A stretch of 64,000 bases of DNA from Scyliorhinus canicula (Eukaryota), in contig NW_024055446.1 in NCBI RefSeq assembly GCF_902713615.1, positions 1 to 64,000 of the forward strand, in the 5' to 3' direction. Each line of letters begins with the position of its first letter. Within the stretch, counting starts at the first letter, position 1. Below are positions 63,691 through 64,000 of this stretch, in pieces. A program made the position numbers and the translations under genes. A model generated the notes under the pieces. That model was not told the origin of the DNA, ran no database searches, and was given only the letters and a program-made list of their open reading frames with translations.

Positions 63691-64000
63691 AAATCATTTT
63701 AAACATATCATTTTCTGCTTACATTCACCTGACCCCGCCTCTGTTTACATTACACTCGGCCATGTCTCGATCACATTGCAGCAGGTCCTGTCTCAGTTTT
63801 CCTGCACTCGGCTGAAATATCAGTATTAATATCCGGGGCCCACACCCTGTTTATATTACAAATCCGTAATTATGATGCACTGACCCATGTCTTGGTAGTC
63901 TAGTAAGAAACCCGTCACAATGGTTACAGCATCAGAACGTTTTTCTGTGCATTGTAACTGGAACAACATTCTGTTTGCATCACAAGTTGTTCGGTCTCAG

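Overview
Eukaryotic, cartilaginous-fish (shark-type) genomic DNA with no prokaryotic features. 1) A germline, unrearranged IgM heavy-chain cluster lies on the + strand: leader-VH (6488-6967), D1, D2, JH (8189-8236), an 11-kb J-C intron, Cmu1-Cmu4 with secretory tail, TM1 and TM2 (ends 26902). The RSS pattern is V23 / 12-D1-22 / 12-D2-12 / 23-J. As written, Cmu3, Cmu4 and TM1 carry four single-base deletions, so this is either a pseudogene or a consensus error. 2) An inverted duplicate of the first ~12 kb (~49820-61642) carries a second intact leader-VH-D1-D2-JH on the - strand. No constant exons follow it before a 100-N scaffold gap (46041-46140). 3) Between the two lie C2H2 zinc-finger genes and pseudogenes with NRF1/YY1/GC-box promoters. 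4) The rest is V-SINEs, CR1/L2, RTE and L1 LINE fragments, a tRNA-Ala/SINE-tail chimera, Penelope-like hairpins with hammerhead-like cores, and several minisatellites. The top leads are the convergent two-VDJ architecture (possible inversional sharing or swapping of Cmu) and a switch-region-like composite upstream of Cmu1 (G-rich repeats plus an AGCT-dense array). All alignments and counts were done by eye.
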